In this document: piece after piece, positions 29,401 through 46,500 of the stretch
Layout: every line of letters starts with the position of its first letter
Position numbering within the stretch: the stretch's first letter is position 1
Source of the DNA: the human T2T-CHM13v2.0 reference genome, Homo sapiens
Assembly (NCBI GenBank): GCA_009914755.4
Contig: CP068257.2
Location: forward strand, 1,248,001-1,312,000
DNA: 64,000 bases
Direction of reading: 5' to 3'
Translations under genes and position numbers: made by a program
The notes under the pieces: model-generated
The model's database searches: none
Told to the model about the DNA's origin: nothing
What the model saw: the letters and a program-made list of their open reading frames with translations, nothing else

Positions 29401-32400
29401 AAACTATATATTATATACTGTACATAAAATATCAAAGTACCCAAGGTATATATTCTATACTGTACAAAAAATATCAAAGTACCCAAAGCATGTATTATAT
29501 ACTGTATATAAAATATGAAAGTACATCACATATATATTTTATTCTGTACATAAAATATCAAAGTACACCAGATATATATTCTATAGTGTACATAAAATAA
29601 CAAAGTAAAAAAACTATAAATTATATACTGTACATAAAATATGAAATTACATCAAATATATATTAGGTACATAAAATATGAACGTACATCAAATATAGAT
29701 TATATACTGTACATAAAATATCAATGTACCCCAAATATATATTTTATACTCTACATGAAATATCAAAGTTCACAAACCATATATTATATACTGTACATAA
29801 AATATCAAAGTACCCAAGGTATATATTCTATACTATACAAAAAATATCAAAGTACCCAAAGCATGTATTATATACTGTACATAAAATATGAAAGTACATC
29901 AATTATATATTTTATTCTGTACATAAAATATCAAAGTACACCAGATATATATTCTATAGTGTACATAAAATATAAAAGTACCCAAACTATACATTATATA
30001 CTGTACATAAAATATGAAATTACATCAAATATGTATTATATTAGGTACATAAAATATGAAAGCATATCAAATATAGATTATATACTGTATATTAAATACC
30101 AAAGTACCCCAAATATATATTTTGTACTGTACATCAAATATCAAAGTTCACAAACTATATATTATATACTGTACATAAAATATCAAAGTACCCAAGGTAT
30201 ATATTCTATACTGTACAAAAAATATCAAAGTACCCAAAGCGTGTATTATATACTGTACATAAAATATGAAAGTACATCAAATATATATTTTATTCTGTAC
30301 ATAAAATATCAAAGTACACCAGATATATATTCTATAGTGTACATAAAATATCAAAGTACCCAAACTATACATTATATACTGTACATAAAATATGAGATTA
30401 CATCAAATATATATTATATTAGCTACATAAAATATGAAAGTACATCAGATATAGATTATATACTGTACATAAAATATCAAAGTACCCCAAATATATATTA
30501 TATACTCTACATGAAATATCAAAGTTCACAAACTATATATTATATACTGTACATAAAATATCAATGTACCCAAGGTATATATTCTATACTGTACAAAAAA
30601 TATCAAAGTACCCAAAGCATGTATTATATACTGTATACAAAATATGAAAATACATTAAATATATATTTTATTCTGTACATAAAATATCAAAGTACACCAG
30701 ATATGTATTCTATAGTGTACATAAAATAACAAATTACAAAAACTATAAATTATATACTGTACGTTAAATATGAAATTACATCAAATATATATTAGGTACA
30801 TAAAATATGAAAGTACATCAAATATAGATTATATACTGTACATATAATATCAATGTACCCCAAATATATATTTTATACTCTACATGAAATATCAAAGTTC
30901 ACAAACCATACATTATATACTGTACATAAAATATCAAAGTACCCAAGGTATATATTCTATACTGTACGAAAAATATCAAAGTACCCAAAGCATGTATTAT
31001 ATACTGTACATAAAATATGAAAGTACATCAAATATATATTTCATTCTGTACATAAAATATCAAAGTACACCAGATATATATTCTATAGTGTACATAAAAT
31101 ATCAAAGTACCCAAACTATACATTATATACTGTACATAAAATATGAAATTACATCAAATATATATTAGGTACATAAAATATGAAAGTATATCAAATATAG
31201 ATTATATACTGTACATATAATATCAATGTACCCCAAATATATATTTTATACTCTACATGAAATATCAAAATTCAAAAACCATATATTATATACTGTACAT
31301 AAAATATCAAAGTACCCAAGGTATATATTCTATACTGTACAAAAAATATCAAAGTACCCAAAGCATGTATTATATACTGTACATAAAATATGAAAGTACA
31401 TCAAATATATATTTTATTCTGTACATAAAATATCAAAGTACACCAGATATATATTCTATAGTGTACATAAAATATCAATGTACCCAAACTATACATTATA
31501 TACTGTACATAAAATATGAAATTACATCAAATATATATTATATTAGGTACATAAAATATGAAAACACATCAAATATAGATTATATACTGTACATTAAATG
31601 CCAAAGTACCCCAAATATATATTTTATACTGTACATCAAATATCAAAGTTCACAAACTATATATTATATACTGTACATAAAATATCAAAGTACCCAAGGT
31701 ATATATTCTATACTGTACAAAAAATATCAAAGTACCCAAAGCATGTATTATATACTGTACATAAAATATGAAAGTACATCAAATATATATTTTATTCTGT
31801 ACTTAAAACATCAAAATACACCAGATATATATTCTATAGTGTACATAAAATATCAAAGTACCCAAACTATACATTATATACTGTACATAAAATATGAAAT
31901 TACATCAAATATATATTAGGTACATAAAATATGAAAGTACATCAAATATAGATTATATACTGTACATAAAATATCAAAGTACCCAAATATATATTATATA
32001 CTCTACATGAAATATCAAAGTTCACAAACTATATATTATATACTATACATAAAATATCAAAGTACCCAAGGTATCTATTGTATACTGTACAAAATATATC
32101 AAAGTACCCAAAGCATGTATTATATACTCTACATAAAATATGAAAGTACATCAAATATATATTTTATTCTGTACATAAAATATAAAAGTACACCAGATAT
32201 ATATTCTATAGTGTACATAAAATAACAAAGTACACAAACTATAAATTATATACTGTACGTAAAATATGAAATTACATCAAATATATATTAGGTACATAAA
32301 ATATGAAAGTACATCAAATATAGATTATATACTGTACATAAAATATCAAAGTACCCCAAATATATATTATATACTGTATATGAAATATCAAAGTTCACAA

Positions 32401-35400
32401 ACTATATATTATATACTGTACATAAAATATCAAAGTACCCAAGATATATATTCTATACTGTACAAAAAATATCAAAGTACCCAAAGCATGTATTATATAC
32501 TGTACATAAAATATGAAAGTACATCAAATATATATTTTATTCTGTACATAAAATATCAAAGTACACCAGATATATATTCTATAGTGTACATAAAATATCA
32601 AAGTACCCAAACTATACATTATATACTATACATAAAATATGAAATTACATCAAATATATATTATATTAGGTACATAAAATATGAAAGCACATCAAATATA
32701 GATTATATACTGTACATAAAATATCAAAGTACCCCAAATATATATTATATACTGTATATGAAATATCAAAGTTCACAAACTATATATTATATACTGTACA
32801 TAAAATATCAAAGTACCCAAGATATATATTCTATACTGTACAAAAAATATCAAAGTACCCAAAGCATGTATTATATACTGTACATAAAATATGAAAGTAC
32901 ATCAAATATATATTTTATTCTGTACATAAAATATCAAAGTACACCAGATATATATTCTATAGTGTACATAAAATAACAAAGTACAGAAACTATAAATTAT
33001 ATACTGTACATAAAACATGAAATTACATCAAATATATATTAGGTACATAAAATATGAAAGTACATCAAATATAGATTATATACTGTACATAAAATATCAA
33101 TGTACCCCAAATATATATTTTATACTCTACATGAAATATCAAAGTTCACAAACCATATATTATATACTGTACATAAAATATCAAAGTACCCAAGGTATAT
33201 ATTCTATACTATACAAAAAATATCAAAGTACCCAAAGCATGTATTATATACTGTACATAAAATATGAAATTATATCAAATATATAATTTATTCTGTACAC
33301 AAAATATCAAAGTACACCAGATATATATTCTATAGTGTACATAAAATATCAAAGTACCCAAACTATACATTATATACTGTACATAAAATATGAAATTACA
33401 TCAAATATATATTAGGTACATAAAATATGAAAGTATATCAAATATAGATTATATACTGTACATATAATATCAATGTACCCCAAATATATATTTTATACTC
33501 TACATGAAATATCAAAGTTCACAAACCATATATTACATACTGTACATAAAATATCAAAGTACCCAAGGTATATATTCTATACTGTACAAAAAATATCAAA
33601 GTACACAAAGCATGTATTATATACTGTACATAAAATATGAAAGTACATCAAATATATATTTTATTCTGTACATAATATATGAAAGTACACCAGATATATA
33701 TTCTATAGTGTACATAAAATATAAAAGTACCCAAACTATACATTATATACTGTACATAAAATATGAAATTACATCATATATATATCATATTAGGTACATA
33801 AAATATGAAAGCATATCAAATATAGATTATATACTGTATATTAAATACCAAAGTACCCCAAATATATATTTTATACTGTACATCCAATATCAAAGTTCAC
33901 AAACTATATATTATATACTGAACATAAAATATCAAAGTACCCAAGGTATATATTCTATACTGTACAAAAAATATCAAAGTACCCAAAGCATGTATTATAT
34001 ACTGTACATAAAATATGAAAGTACATCAAATATATATTTTATTCTGTACATAAAACATCAAAGTACACCAGATATATATTCTATACTGTACAAAAAATAT
34101 CAAAGTACCCAAAGCGTGTATTATATACTGTACATAAAATATGAAAGTACATCAAATATATATTTTATTCTGTACATAAAATATCAAAGTACACCAGATA
34201 TATATTCTATAGTGTACATAAAGTAACAAAGTACACAAACTATAAATTATATACTGTACGTAAAATATGAAATTACATCAAATATATATTAGGTACATAA
34301 AATATGAAAGTACATCAAATATAGATTATATACTGTACATAAAATATCAATGTACCCCAAATATATATTTTATACTCTACATGAAATATCAAAGTTCACA
34401 AACCATATATTATATACTGTACATAAAATATCAAAGTACCCAAGGTATATATTCTATACTGTACAAAAAATATCAAAGTACCCAAAGCATGTATTATATA
34501 CTGTACATAAAATATGAAACTTCATCAAATATATATTTTATTCTGTACAAAAAATATCAAAGTACACCAGACATATTTTCTATAGTGTACATAAAATATC
34601 AAAGTACCCAAAGCATGTATTATATACTGTACATAAAATATGAAAGTACATCAAATATATATTTTATTCTGTACATAAAACATCAAAGTACACTAGATAT
34701 ATATTCTATAGTGTACATAAAATATCAAAGTACCCAAACTATACATTATATACTGTACATAAAATATGAAATTACATCAAATATATATTATATTAGGTAC
34801 ATAAAATATGAAAGTACATCAAATATAGATTATATACTGTACATAAAATATCAAAGTACCCAAATATATATTATATACTCTACATGAAATATCAAAGTTC
34901 ACAAACTATATATTATATACTGTACATAAAATATCAAAGTACCCAAGGTATATATTCTATACTGTACAAAAAATATCAAAGTATCCAAAGCATGTATTAT
35001 ATACTGTATATAAAATATGAAAGTACATTAAATATATATTTTATTCTGTACATAAAATATCAAAGTACACCAGATATATATTCTATAGTGTACATAAAAT
35101 AACAAAGTACACAAACTATAAATTATATACTGTACATAAAATATGAAATTACATCAAATATATATTAGGTACATAAAATATGAAAGTACATCAAATATAG
35201 ATTATATACTGTACATATAATATCAATGTACCCCAAATATATATTTTATACTCTACATGAAATATCAAATTTCACAAACCATACATTATATACTGTAAAT
35301 AAAATATCAAATTACACAAGGTATATATTCTATACTGTACAAAAAATATGAAAGTACCCAAAGCATGTATTATATACTGTACATAAAATATGAAAGTACA

Positions 35401-37380
35401 TCAAATATATATTTTATTCTGTACAAAAAATATCAAAGTACACCAGATATATATTCTATAGTGTACATAAAATAACAAAGTACACAAAATATAAATTATA
35501 TACTGTACATAAAATATGAAATTACATCAAATATATATTAGGTACATAAAATATGAAAGTACATCAAATATAGATTATATACTGTACATAAAATATCAAT
35601 GTACCCCAAATATATATTTTATACTCTACATGAAATATCAAAGTTCACAAACCATATATTATATACTGTACATAAAATATCAAAGTACCCAAGGTATATA
35701 TTCTATACTGTACAAAAAATATCAAAGTATCCAAAGCACGTATTATATACTGTATATAAAATATGAAATTACATTAAATATATATTTTATTCTGTACATA
35801 AAACATCAAAGTACACCAGATATATATTCTATAGTGTACATAAAATATCAAAGTAACCAAACTATACATTATATACTGTACAGAAAATATGAAATTACAT
35901 CAAATATATATTATATTAGGTACATAAAATATGAAAGTACATCAAATATAGATTCTATACTGTACATAAAATATCAAAGTACCCCAAATATATATTATAT
36001 ACTCTACATGAAATATCAAAGTTCACAAACTATATATTATATACTGTACATAAAATATCAAAGTACCCAAGGTATATATTCTATACTGTACAAAAAATAT
36101 CAAAGTATCCAAAGCATGTATTATATACTGTATATAAAATATGAAAGTACATTAAATATATATTTTATTCTGTACATAAAATATCAAAGTACACCAGATA
36201 TATATTCTATAGTGTACATAAAATATCAAAGTACGCAAACTATACATTATATACTGTACATAAAATATGAAATTACATCAAATATATATTAGGTACATAA
36301 AATATGAAAGTACATCAAATATAGATTATATACTGTACATAAAATATCAAAGTACCCCAAATATATATTATATACTCTACATGAAATATCAAAGTTCACA
36401 AACTATATATTATAAACTATACATAAAATATCAAGGTACCCAAGGTATATATTCTATACTGTACAAAAAATATCAAAGTACCCAAAGCATGTATTATATA
36501 CTGTACATAAAATATGAAAGTACATCAAATATATATTTTACTCTGTACATAAAATATCAAAGTACACCAGATATATATTCTATAGTGTACATAAAATAAC
36601 AAAGTACACAAACTATAAATTATATACTGTACATAAAATATGAAATTACATCAAATATATATTAGGTACATAAAATATGAAAGTACATCAAATATAGATT
36701 ATATACTGTACATAAAATATCAATGTACCCCAAATATATATTTTATACTCTACATGAAATATCAAAGTTCACAAACCATATATTATATACTGTACATAAA
36801 ATATCAAAGTACCCAAGGTATATATTCTATACTATACAAAAAATATCAAAGTACCCAAAGCATGTATTATATACTGTACATAAAATATGAAAGTACATCA
36901 AATATATATTTTATTCTGTACACAAAATATCAAAGTACACCAGATATATATTTTATAGTGTACATAAAATATCAAAGTACCCAAACTATACATTATACAC
37001 TGTACATAAAATATGAGATTACATCAAATATATATTATATTAGGTACATAAAATATGAAAGTACATCTGATATAGATTATATACTGTACATAAAATATCA
37101 AAGTACCCCAAATATATATTATATACTCTACATGAAATATCAAAGTTCACAAACTATATATTATATACTGTACATAAAATATCAAAGTACCCAAGGTATA
37201 TATTCTATACTGTACAAAAAATATCAAAGTACCCAAAGCATGTATTATATACTGTATATAAAATATGAAAATACATTAAATATATATTTTATTCTGTACA
37301 TGAAATATAAAGGTACACCAGATATATATTCTATAGTGTACATAAAATAACAAAGTACACAAACTATAAATTATATACTG
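26441..37380 (+). repeat. Copy 1 of an ~11-kb tandem segmental duplication. Its left part, X (26441-28755), matches 37568-40255 at offset 11127 and then 11500. Its right part, Y (28650-37380), matches 41866-50596 at offset 13216.
   Basis: Identical ORF translations: 27015=38142, 27502=38629 and 28258=39758. Across 29009 to 36640 the ORFs equal those at 42225 to 49856. The 362-aa ORFs 29641 and 42857 differ at 3 residues. The raw-sequence breakpoints were checked at 28650/41866 and 37380/50596. Confidence 0.8.
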
Positions 37381-37567
37381 TACATAAAATATGAAATTAC
37401 ATCAAATATATATTAGGTACATAAAATATGAAAGTACATCAAATATAGATTATATACTGTACATATAATATCAATGTACCCCAAATATATATTTTATACT
37501 CTACATGAAATATCAAAGTTCACAAACCATACATTATATACTGTACATAAAATATCAAAGTACCCAA

Positions 37568-40500
37568 GGTATATATTCTATACTATACAAAAAATATCAA
37601 AGTACCCAAAGCATGTATTATATACTGTACATAAAATATGAAAGTACATCAAATATATATTTTATTCTGTACATAAAATATCAAAGTACACCAGATATAT
37701 ATTCTATAGTGTACATAAAATATAAAAGTACCCAAACTATACATTATATACTGTACATAAAATATGAAATTACATCAAATATGTATTATATTAGGTACAT
37801 AAAATATGAAAGCATATCAAATATAGATTATATACTGTATATTAAATACCAAAGTACCCCAAATATATATTTTATACTGTACATCAAATATCAAAGTTCA
37901 CAAACTATATATTATATACTGTACATAAAATATCAAAGTACCCATGATATATATTCTATACTGTACAAAAAATATCAAAGTACCCAAAGCGTGTATTATA
38001 TACTGTACATAAAATATGAAAGTATATCAAATATATATTTTATTCTGTACATAAAATATCAAAGTACACCAGATATATATTCTATAGTGTACATAAAATA
38101 TCAAAGTACCCAAACTATACATTATATACTGTACATAAAATATGAAATTACATCAAATTTATATTAGGGACATAAAATATGAAAGTACATCAAATATAGA
38201 TCATATACTGTACATAAAATATCAAAGTACCCCAAATATATATTATATACTCTACATGAAATATCAAAGTTCACAAACTATATATTATATACTGTACATA
38301 AAATATCAAAGTACCCAAGGTATATATTCTATACTGTACAAAAAATATCAAAGTATACAAAGCATGTATTATATACTGTATATAAAATATGAAAGTACAT
38401 TAAATATATATTTTATTCTGTACATAAAATATCAAAGTACACCAGATATATATTCTATAGTGTACATAAAATAACAAAGTACACAAACTGTAAATTATAT
38501 ACTGTACATAAAATATGAAATTACATCAAATATATATTAGGTACATAATATATGAAAGTACATCAAATATAGATTATATACTGTACATATAATATCAATG
38601 TACCCCAAATATATATTTTATACTCTACATGAAATATCAAAGTTCACAAACCATACATTATATACTGTACATAAAATATCAAAGTACCCAAGGTATATAT
38701 TCTATACTGTACAAAAAATATCAAAGTACCCAAAGCATGTATTATATACTGTACATAAAATATGAAAGTACATCAAATATATATTTTATTCTGTACATAA
38801 AACATCAAAGTACACCAGATATATATTCTATAGAGTACATAAAATATCAAAGTACCCAAACTATACATTATATACTGTACATAAAATATGAAATTACATC
38901 AAATATATATTATATTAGGTACATAAAATATGAAAGTACATCAAATATAGATTATATACTGTACATAAAATATCAAAGTACCCCAAATATATATTATATA
39001 CTCTACATGAAATATCAAAGTTCACAAACTATATATTATATACTGTACAAAAAATATCAAAGTACCCAAGGTATATATTCTATACTGTACAAAAAATATC
39101 AAAGTACCCAAAGCATGTATTATATACTGTACATAAAATATGAAACTACATCAAATATATATTTTATTCTGTACATAATATATCAAAGTACACCAGATAT
39201 ATATTGTATAGTGTACATAAAATAACAAAGTAAAAAAACTATTCATTATATACTGTACATAAAATATGAGATTACATCAAATATATATTATATTAGGTAC
39301 ATAAAATATGAAAGTACATCAGATATAGATTATATACTGTACATAAAATATCAAAATACCCCAAATATATATTATATACTCTACATGAAATATCAAAGTT
39401 CACAAACTATATATTATATACTGTACATAAAATATCAAAGTACCCAAGGTATATATTCTATACTGTACGAAAAATATCAAAGTACCCAAAGCATGCATTA
39501 TATACTGTATATAAAATATGAAAATACATTAAATATATATTTTATTCTGTACGTAAAATATCAAAGTACACCAGATATATATTCTATAGTGTACATAAAA
39601 TAACAAAGTACACAAACTATAAATTATATACTGTATGTAAAATATGAAATTACATCAAATATATATTAGGTACATAAAATATGAAAGTACATCAAATATA
39701 GATTATATACTGTACATATAATATCAATGTACCCCAAATATATATTTTATACTCTACATGAAATATCAAAGTTCACAAACCATATATTATATACTGTACA
39801 TAAAATATCAAAGTACCCAAGGTATATATTCTATACTGTACAAAAAATATCAAAGTACCCAAAGCATGTATTATATACTGTACATAAAATATGAAAGTAC
39901 ATCAAATATATATTTTATTCTGTACATAAAATATCAAAGTACACCAGATATATATTCTATAGTGTACATAAAATATCAATGTACCCAAACTATACATTAT
40001 ATACTGTACATAAAATATGAAATTACATAAAATATATATTATATTAGGTACATAAAATATGAAAGCACATCAAATATAGATTATATACTGTACATTAAAT
40101 ACCAAAGTACCCCAAATATATATTTTATACTGTACATCAAATATCAAAGTTCACAAACTATATATTATATACTGTACATAAAATATCAAAGTACCCAAGG
40201 TATATATTCTATACTGTACAAAAAATATCAAAGTACCCAAAGCATGTATTATATACTGTACATAAAATATGAAAGTAGATCAAATATATATTTTATTCTG
40301 TACATAAAATATCAAAGTACACCAAATATATATTATATACTCTACATGAAATATCAAAGTTCACAAACTATATATTATATACTGTACATAAAATATCAAA
40401 GTACCCAAGGTATATATTCTATACTGTACAAAAAATATCAAAGTACCCAAAGCATGTATTATATACTGTACATAAAATATGAAAGTACATCAAATATATA

Positions 40501-43500
40501 TTTTATTCTGTACATAATATATCAAAGTACACCAGATATATATTCTATAGTGTACATAAAATATCAAAGTACCCAAACTATACATTATATACTGTACATA
40601 AAATATGAGATTACATCAAATATATATTATATTAGGTACATAAAATATGAAAGTACATCAGATATAGATTATATACTGTACAAAAAATATCAAAGTACCC
40701 CAAATATATATTATATACTCTACATGAAATATCAAAGTTCACAAACTATATATTATATACTGTACATAAAATATCAAAGTACCCAAGGTATGTATTCTAT
40801 ACTGTACAAAAAATATCAAAGTATCCAAAGCATGTATTATATACTGTATATAAAATATGAAAGTACATTAAATATATATTTTATTCTGTACATAAAATAT
40901 CAAAGTACACCAGATATATATTCTATAGTGTACATAAAATAACAAAGTACACAAACTATAAATTATATACAGTACATAAAATATGAAATTATATCAAATA
41001 TATATTAGGTACATAAAATATGAAAGTACATCAAATATAGATTATATACTGTACATATAATATCAATGTACCCCAAATATATATTTTATACTCTACATGA
41101 AATATCAAAGTTCACAAACCATATATTATATACTGTACATAAAATATCAAAGTACCCAAGGTATATATTCTATACTATACAAAAAATATCAAAGTACCCA
41201 AAGCATGTATTATATACTGTACATAAAATATGAAAGTACATCAAATATATATTTTATTCTGTACATAATATATCAAAGTACACCAGATATATATTTTATA
41301 GTGTACATAAAATATCAAAATACCCAAACTATACATTATATACTGTACATAAAATATGAGATTACATCAAATATATATTATATTAGGTACATAAAATATG
41401 AAAGTACATCAGATATAGATTATATACTGTACATAAAATATCAAAGAACCCAAATATATATTATATACTCTACATGAAATATCAAAGTTCACAAACTATA
41501 TATTATATACTGTACATAAAATATCAAAGTACCCAAGGTATATATTCTATACTGTACAAAAAATATCAAAGTACCCAAAGCGTGTATTATATACTGTACA
41601 TAAAATATGAAAGTACATCAAATATATATTTTATTCTGTACATAAAATATCAAAGTACACCAGATATATATTCTATAGTGTACATAAAATATCAAAGTAC
41701 CCAAACTATACATTATATACTGTACATAAAATATGAAATTAAATCAAATATATATTATATTAGGTACATAAAATATGAAAGTACATCAAATATAGATTAT
41801 ATACTGTACATAAAATATCAAAGTACCCCAAATATATATTTTATACTCTACATGAAATATCAAAGTTCACACACTATATATTATATACTGTACATAAAAT
41901 ATCAAAGTACCCAAGGTATATATTCTATACTGTACAAAAAATATCAAAGTACCCAAAGCATGTATTATATACTGTATATAAAATATGAAAATACATTAAA
42001 TACATATTTTAATCTGTACATAAAATATCAAAGTACGCCAGATATATATTCTATAGTGTACATAAAATAACAAAGTACACAAACTATAAATTATATACTG
42101 TACATAAAATATGAAATTACATCAAACATATATTAGGTACATAAAATATGAAAGTACATCAAATATAGATTATATACTGTACATATAATATCAATGTACC
42201 CCAAATATATATTTTATACTCTACATGAAATATCAAAGTTCACAAACCATACATTATATACTGCACATAAAATATCAAAGTACCCAAGGTATATATTCTA
42301 TAGTGTACAAAAAATATCAAAGTACCCAAAGCATGTATTATATATTGTACATAAAATATGAAAGTATATCAAATATATATTTTATTCTGTACATAAAATA
42401 TCAAAGTACACCAGATATATATTCTATAGTGTACATAAAATATCAAAGTACCCAAACTATACATTATATACTGTACATAAAATATGAAATTACATCAAAT
42501 ATATATTAGGTACATAAAATATGAAAGTACATCAAATATAGATTATATACTGTACATAAAATATCAAAGTACCCCAAATATATATTATATACTCTACATG
42601 AAATATCAACGTTCACAAACTATATATTATATACTGTACATAAAATATCAAAGTACCCAAGGTATATATTCTATACTGTACAAAAAATATCAAAGTACCC
42701 AAAGCATGTATTATATACTGTATATAAAATATGAAAGTACATCACATATATATTTTATTCTGTACATAAAATATCAAAGTACACCAGATATATATTCTAT
42801 AGTGTACATAAAATAACAAAGTAAAAAAACTATAAATTATATACTGTACATAAAATATGAAATTACATCAAATATATATTAGGTACATAAAATATGAAAG
42901 TACATCAAATATAGATTATATACTGTACATAAAATATCAATGTACCCCAAATATATATTTTATACTCTACATGAAATATCAAAGTTCACAAACCATATAT
43001 TATATACTGTACATAAAATATCAAAGTACCCAAGGTATATATTCTATACTATACAAAAAATATCAAAGTACCCAAAGCATGTATTATATACTGTACATAA
43101 AATATGAAAGTACATCAATTATATATTTTATTCTGTACATAAAATATCAAAGTACACCAGATATATATTCTATAGTGTACATAAAATATAAAAGTACCCA
43201 AACTATACATTATATACTGTACATAAAATATGAAATTACATCAAATATGTATTATATTAGGTACATAAAATATGAAAGCATATCAAATATAGATTATATA
43301 CTGTATATTAAATACCAAAATTCCCCAAATATATATTTTGTACTGTACATCAAATACCAAAGTTCACAAACTATATATTATATACTGTACATAAAATATC
43401 AAAGTACCCAAGGTATATATTCTATACTGTACAAAAAATATCAAAGTACCCAAAGCGTGTATTATATACTGTACATAAAATATGAAAGTACATCAAATAT

Positions 43501-46500
43501 ATATTTTATTCTGTACATAAAATATCAAAGTACACCAGATATATATTCTATAGTGTACATAAAATATCAAAGTACCCAAACTATACATTATATACTGTAC
43601 ATAAAATATGAGATTACATCAAATATATATTATATTAGCTACATAAAATATGAAAGTACATCAGATATAGATTATATACTGTACATAAAATATCAAAGTA
43701 CCCCAAATATATATTATATACTCTACATGAAATATCAAAGTTCACAAACTATATATTATATACTGTACATAAAATATCAATGTACCCAAGGTATATATTC
43801 TATACTGTACAAAAAATATCAAAGTACCCAAAGCATGTATTATATACTGTATACAAAATATGAAAATACATTAAATATATATTTTATTCTGTACATAAAA
43901 TATCAAAGTACACCAGATATGTATTCTATAGTGTACATAAAATAACAAATTACAAAAACTATAAATTATATACTGTACGTTAAATATGAAATTACATCAA
44001 ATATATATTAGGTACATAAAATATGAAAGTACATCAAATATAGATTATATACTGTACATATAATATCAATGTACCCCAAATATATATTTTATACTCTACA
44101 TGAAATATCAAAGTTCACAAACCATACATTATATACTGTACATAAAATATCAAAGTACCCAAGGTATATATTCTATACTGTACGAAAAATATCAAAGTAC
44201 CCAAAGCATGTATTATATACTGTACATAAAATATGAAAGTACATCAAATATATATTTTATTCTGTACATAAAATATCAAAGTACACCAGATATATATTCT
44301 ATAGTGTACATAAAATATCAAAGTACCCAAACTATACATTATATACTGTACATAAAATATGAAATTACATCAAATATATATTAGGTACATAAAATATGAA
44401 AGTATATCAAATATAGATTATATACTGTACATATAATATCAATGTACCCCAAATATATATTTTATACTCTACATGAAATATCAAAATTCAAAAACCATAT
44501 ATTATATACTGTACATAAAATATCAAAGTACCCAAGGTATATATTCTATACTGTACAAAAAATATCAAAGTACCCAAAGCATGTATTATATACTGTACAT
44601 AAAATATGAAAGTACATCAAATATATATTTTATTCTGTACATAAAATATCAAAGTACACCAGATATATATTCTATAGTGTACATAAAATATCAATGTACC
44701 CAAACTATACATTATATACTGTACATAAAATATGAAATTACATCAAATATATATTATATTAGGTACATAAAATATGAAAACACATCAAATATAGATTATA
44801 TACTGTACATTAAATGCCAAAGTACCCCAAATATATATTTTATACTGTACATCAAATATCAAAGTTCACAAACTATATATTATATACTGTACATAAAATA
44901 TCAAAGTACCCAAGGTATATATTCTATACTGTACAAAAAATATCAAAGTACCCAAAGCATGTATTATATACTGTACATAAAATATGAAAGTACATCAAAT
45001 ATATATTTTATTCTGTACTTAAAACATCAAAATACACCAGATATATATTCTATAGTGTACATAAAATATCAAAGTACCCAAACTATACATTATATACTGT
45101 ACATAAAATATGAAATTACATCAAATATATATTAGGTACATAAAATATGAAAGTACATCAAATATAGATTATATACTGTACATAAAATATCAAAGTACCC
45201 AAATATATATTATATACTCTACATGAAATATCAAAGTTCACAAACTATATATTATATACTATACATAAAATATCAAAGTACCCAAGGTATCTATTCTATA
45301 CTGTACAAAATATATCAAAGTACCCAAAGCATGTATTATATACTGTACATAAAATATGAAAGTACATCAAATATATATTTTATTCTGTACATAAAATGTA
45401 AAAGTACACCAGATATATATTCTATAGTGTACATAAAATAACAAAGTACACAAACTATAAATTATATACTGTACGTAAAATATGAAATTACATCAAATAT
45501 ATATTAGGTACATAAAATATGAAAGTACATCAAATATAGATTATATACTGTACATAAAATATCAAAGTACCCCAAATATATATTATATACTGTATATGAA
45601 ATATCAAAGTTCACAAACTATATATTATATACTGTACATAAAATATCAAAGTACCCAAGATATATATTCTATACTGTACAAAAAATATCAAAGTACCCAA
45701 AGCATGTATTATATACTGTACATAAAATATGAAAGTACATCAAATATATATTTTATTCTGTACATAAAATATCAAAGTACACCAGATATATATTCTATAG
45801 TGTACATAAAATATCAAAGTACCCAAACTATACATTATATACTATACATAAAATATGAAATTACATCAAATATATATTATATTAGGTACATAAAATATGA
45901 AAGCACATCAAATATAGATTATATACTGTACATAAAATATCAAAGTACCCCAAATATATATTATATACTGTATATGAAATATCAAAGTTCACAAACTATA
46001 TATTATATACTGTACATAAAATATCAAAGTACCCAAGATATATATTCTATACTGTACAAAAAATATCAAAGTACCCAAAGCATGTATTATATACTGTACA
46101 TAAAATATGAAAGTACATCAAATATATATTTTATTCTGTACATAAAATATCAAAGTACACCAGATATATATTCTATAGTGTACATAAAATAACAAAGTAC
46201 AGAAACTATAAATTATATACTGTACATAAAACATGAAATTACATCAAATATATATTAGGTACATAAAATATGAAAGTACATCAAATATAGATTATATACT
46301 GTACATAAAATATCAATGTACCCCAAATATATATTTTATACTCTACATGAAATATCAAAGTTCACAAACCATATATTATATACTGTACATAAAATATCAA
46401 AGTACCCAAGGTATATATTCTATACTATACAAAAAATATCAAAGTACCCAAAGCATGTATTATATACTGTACATAAAATATGAAATTATATCAAATATAT

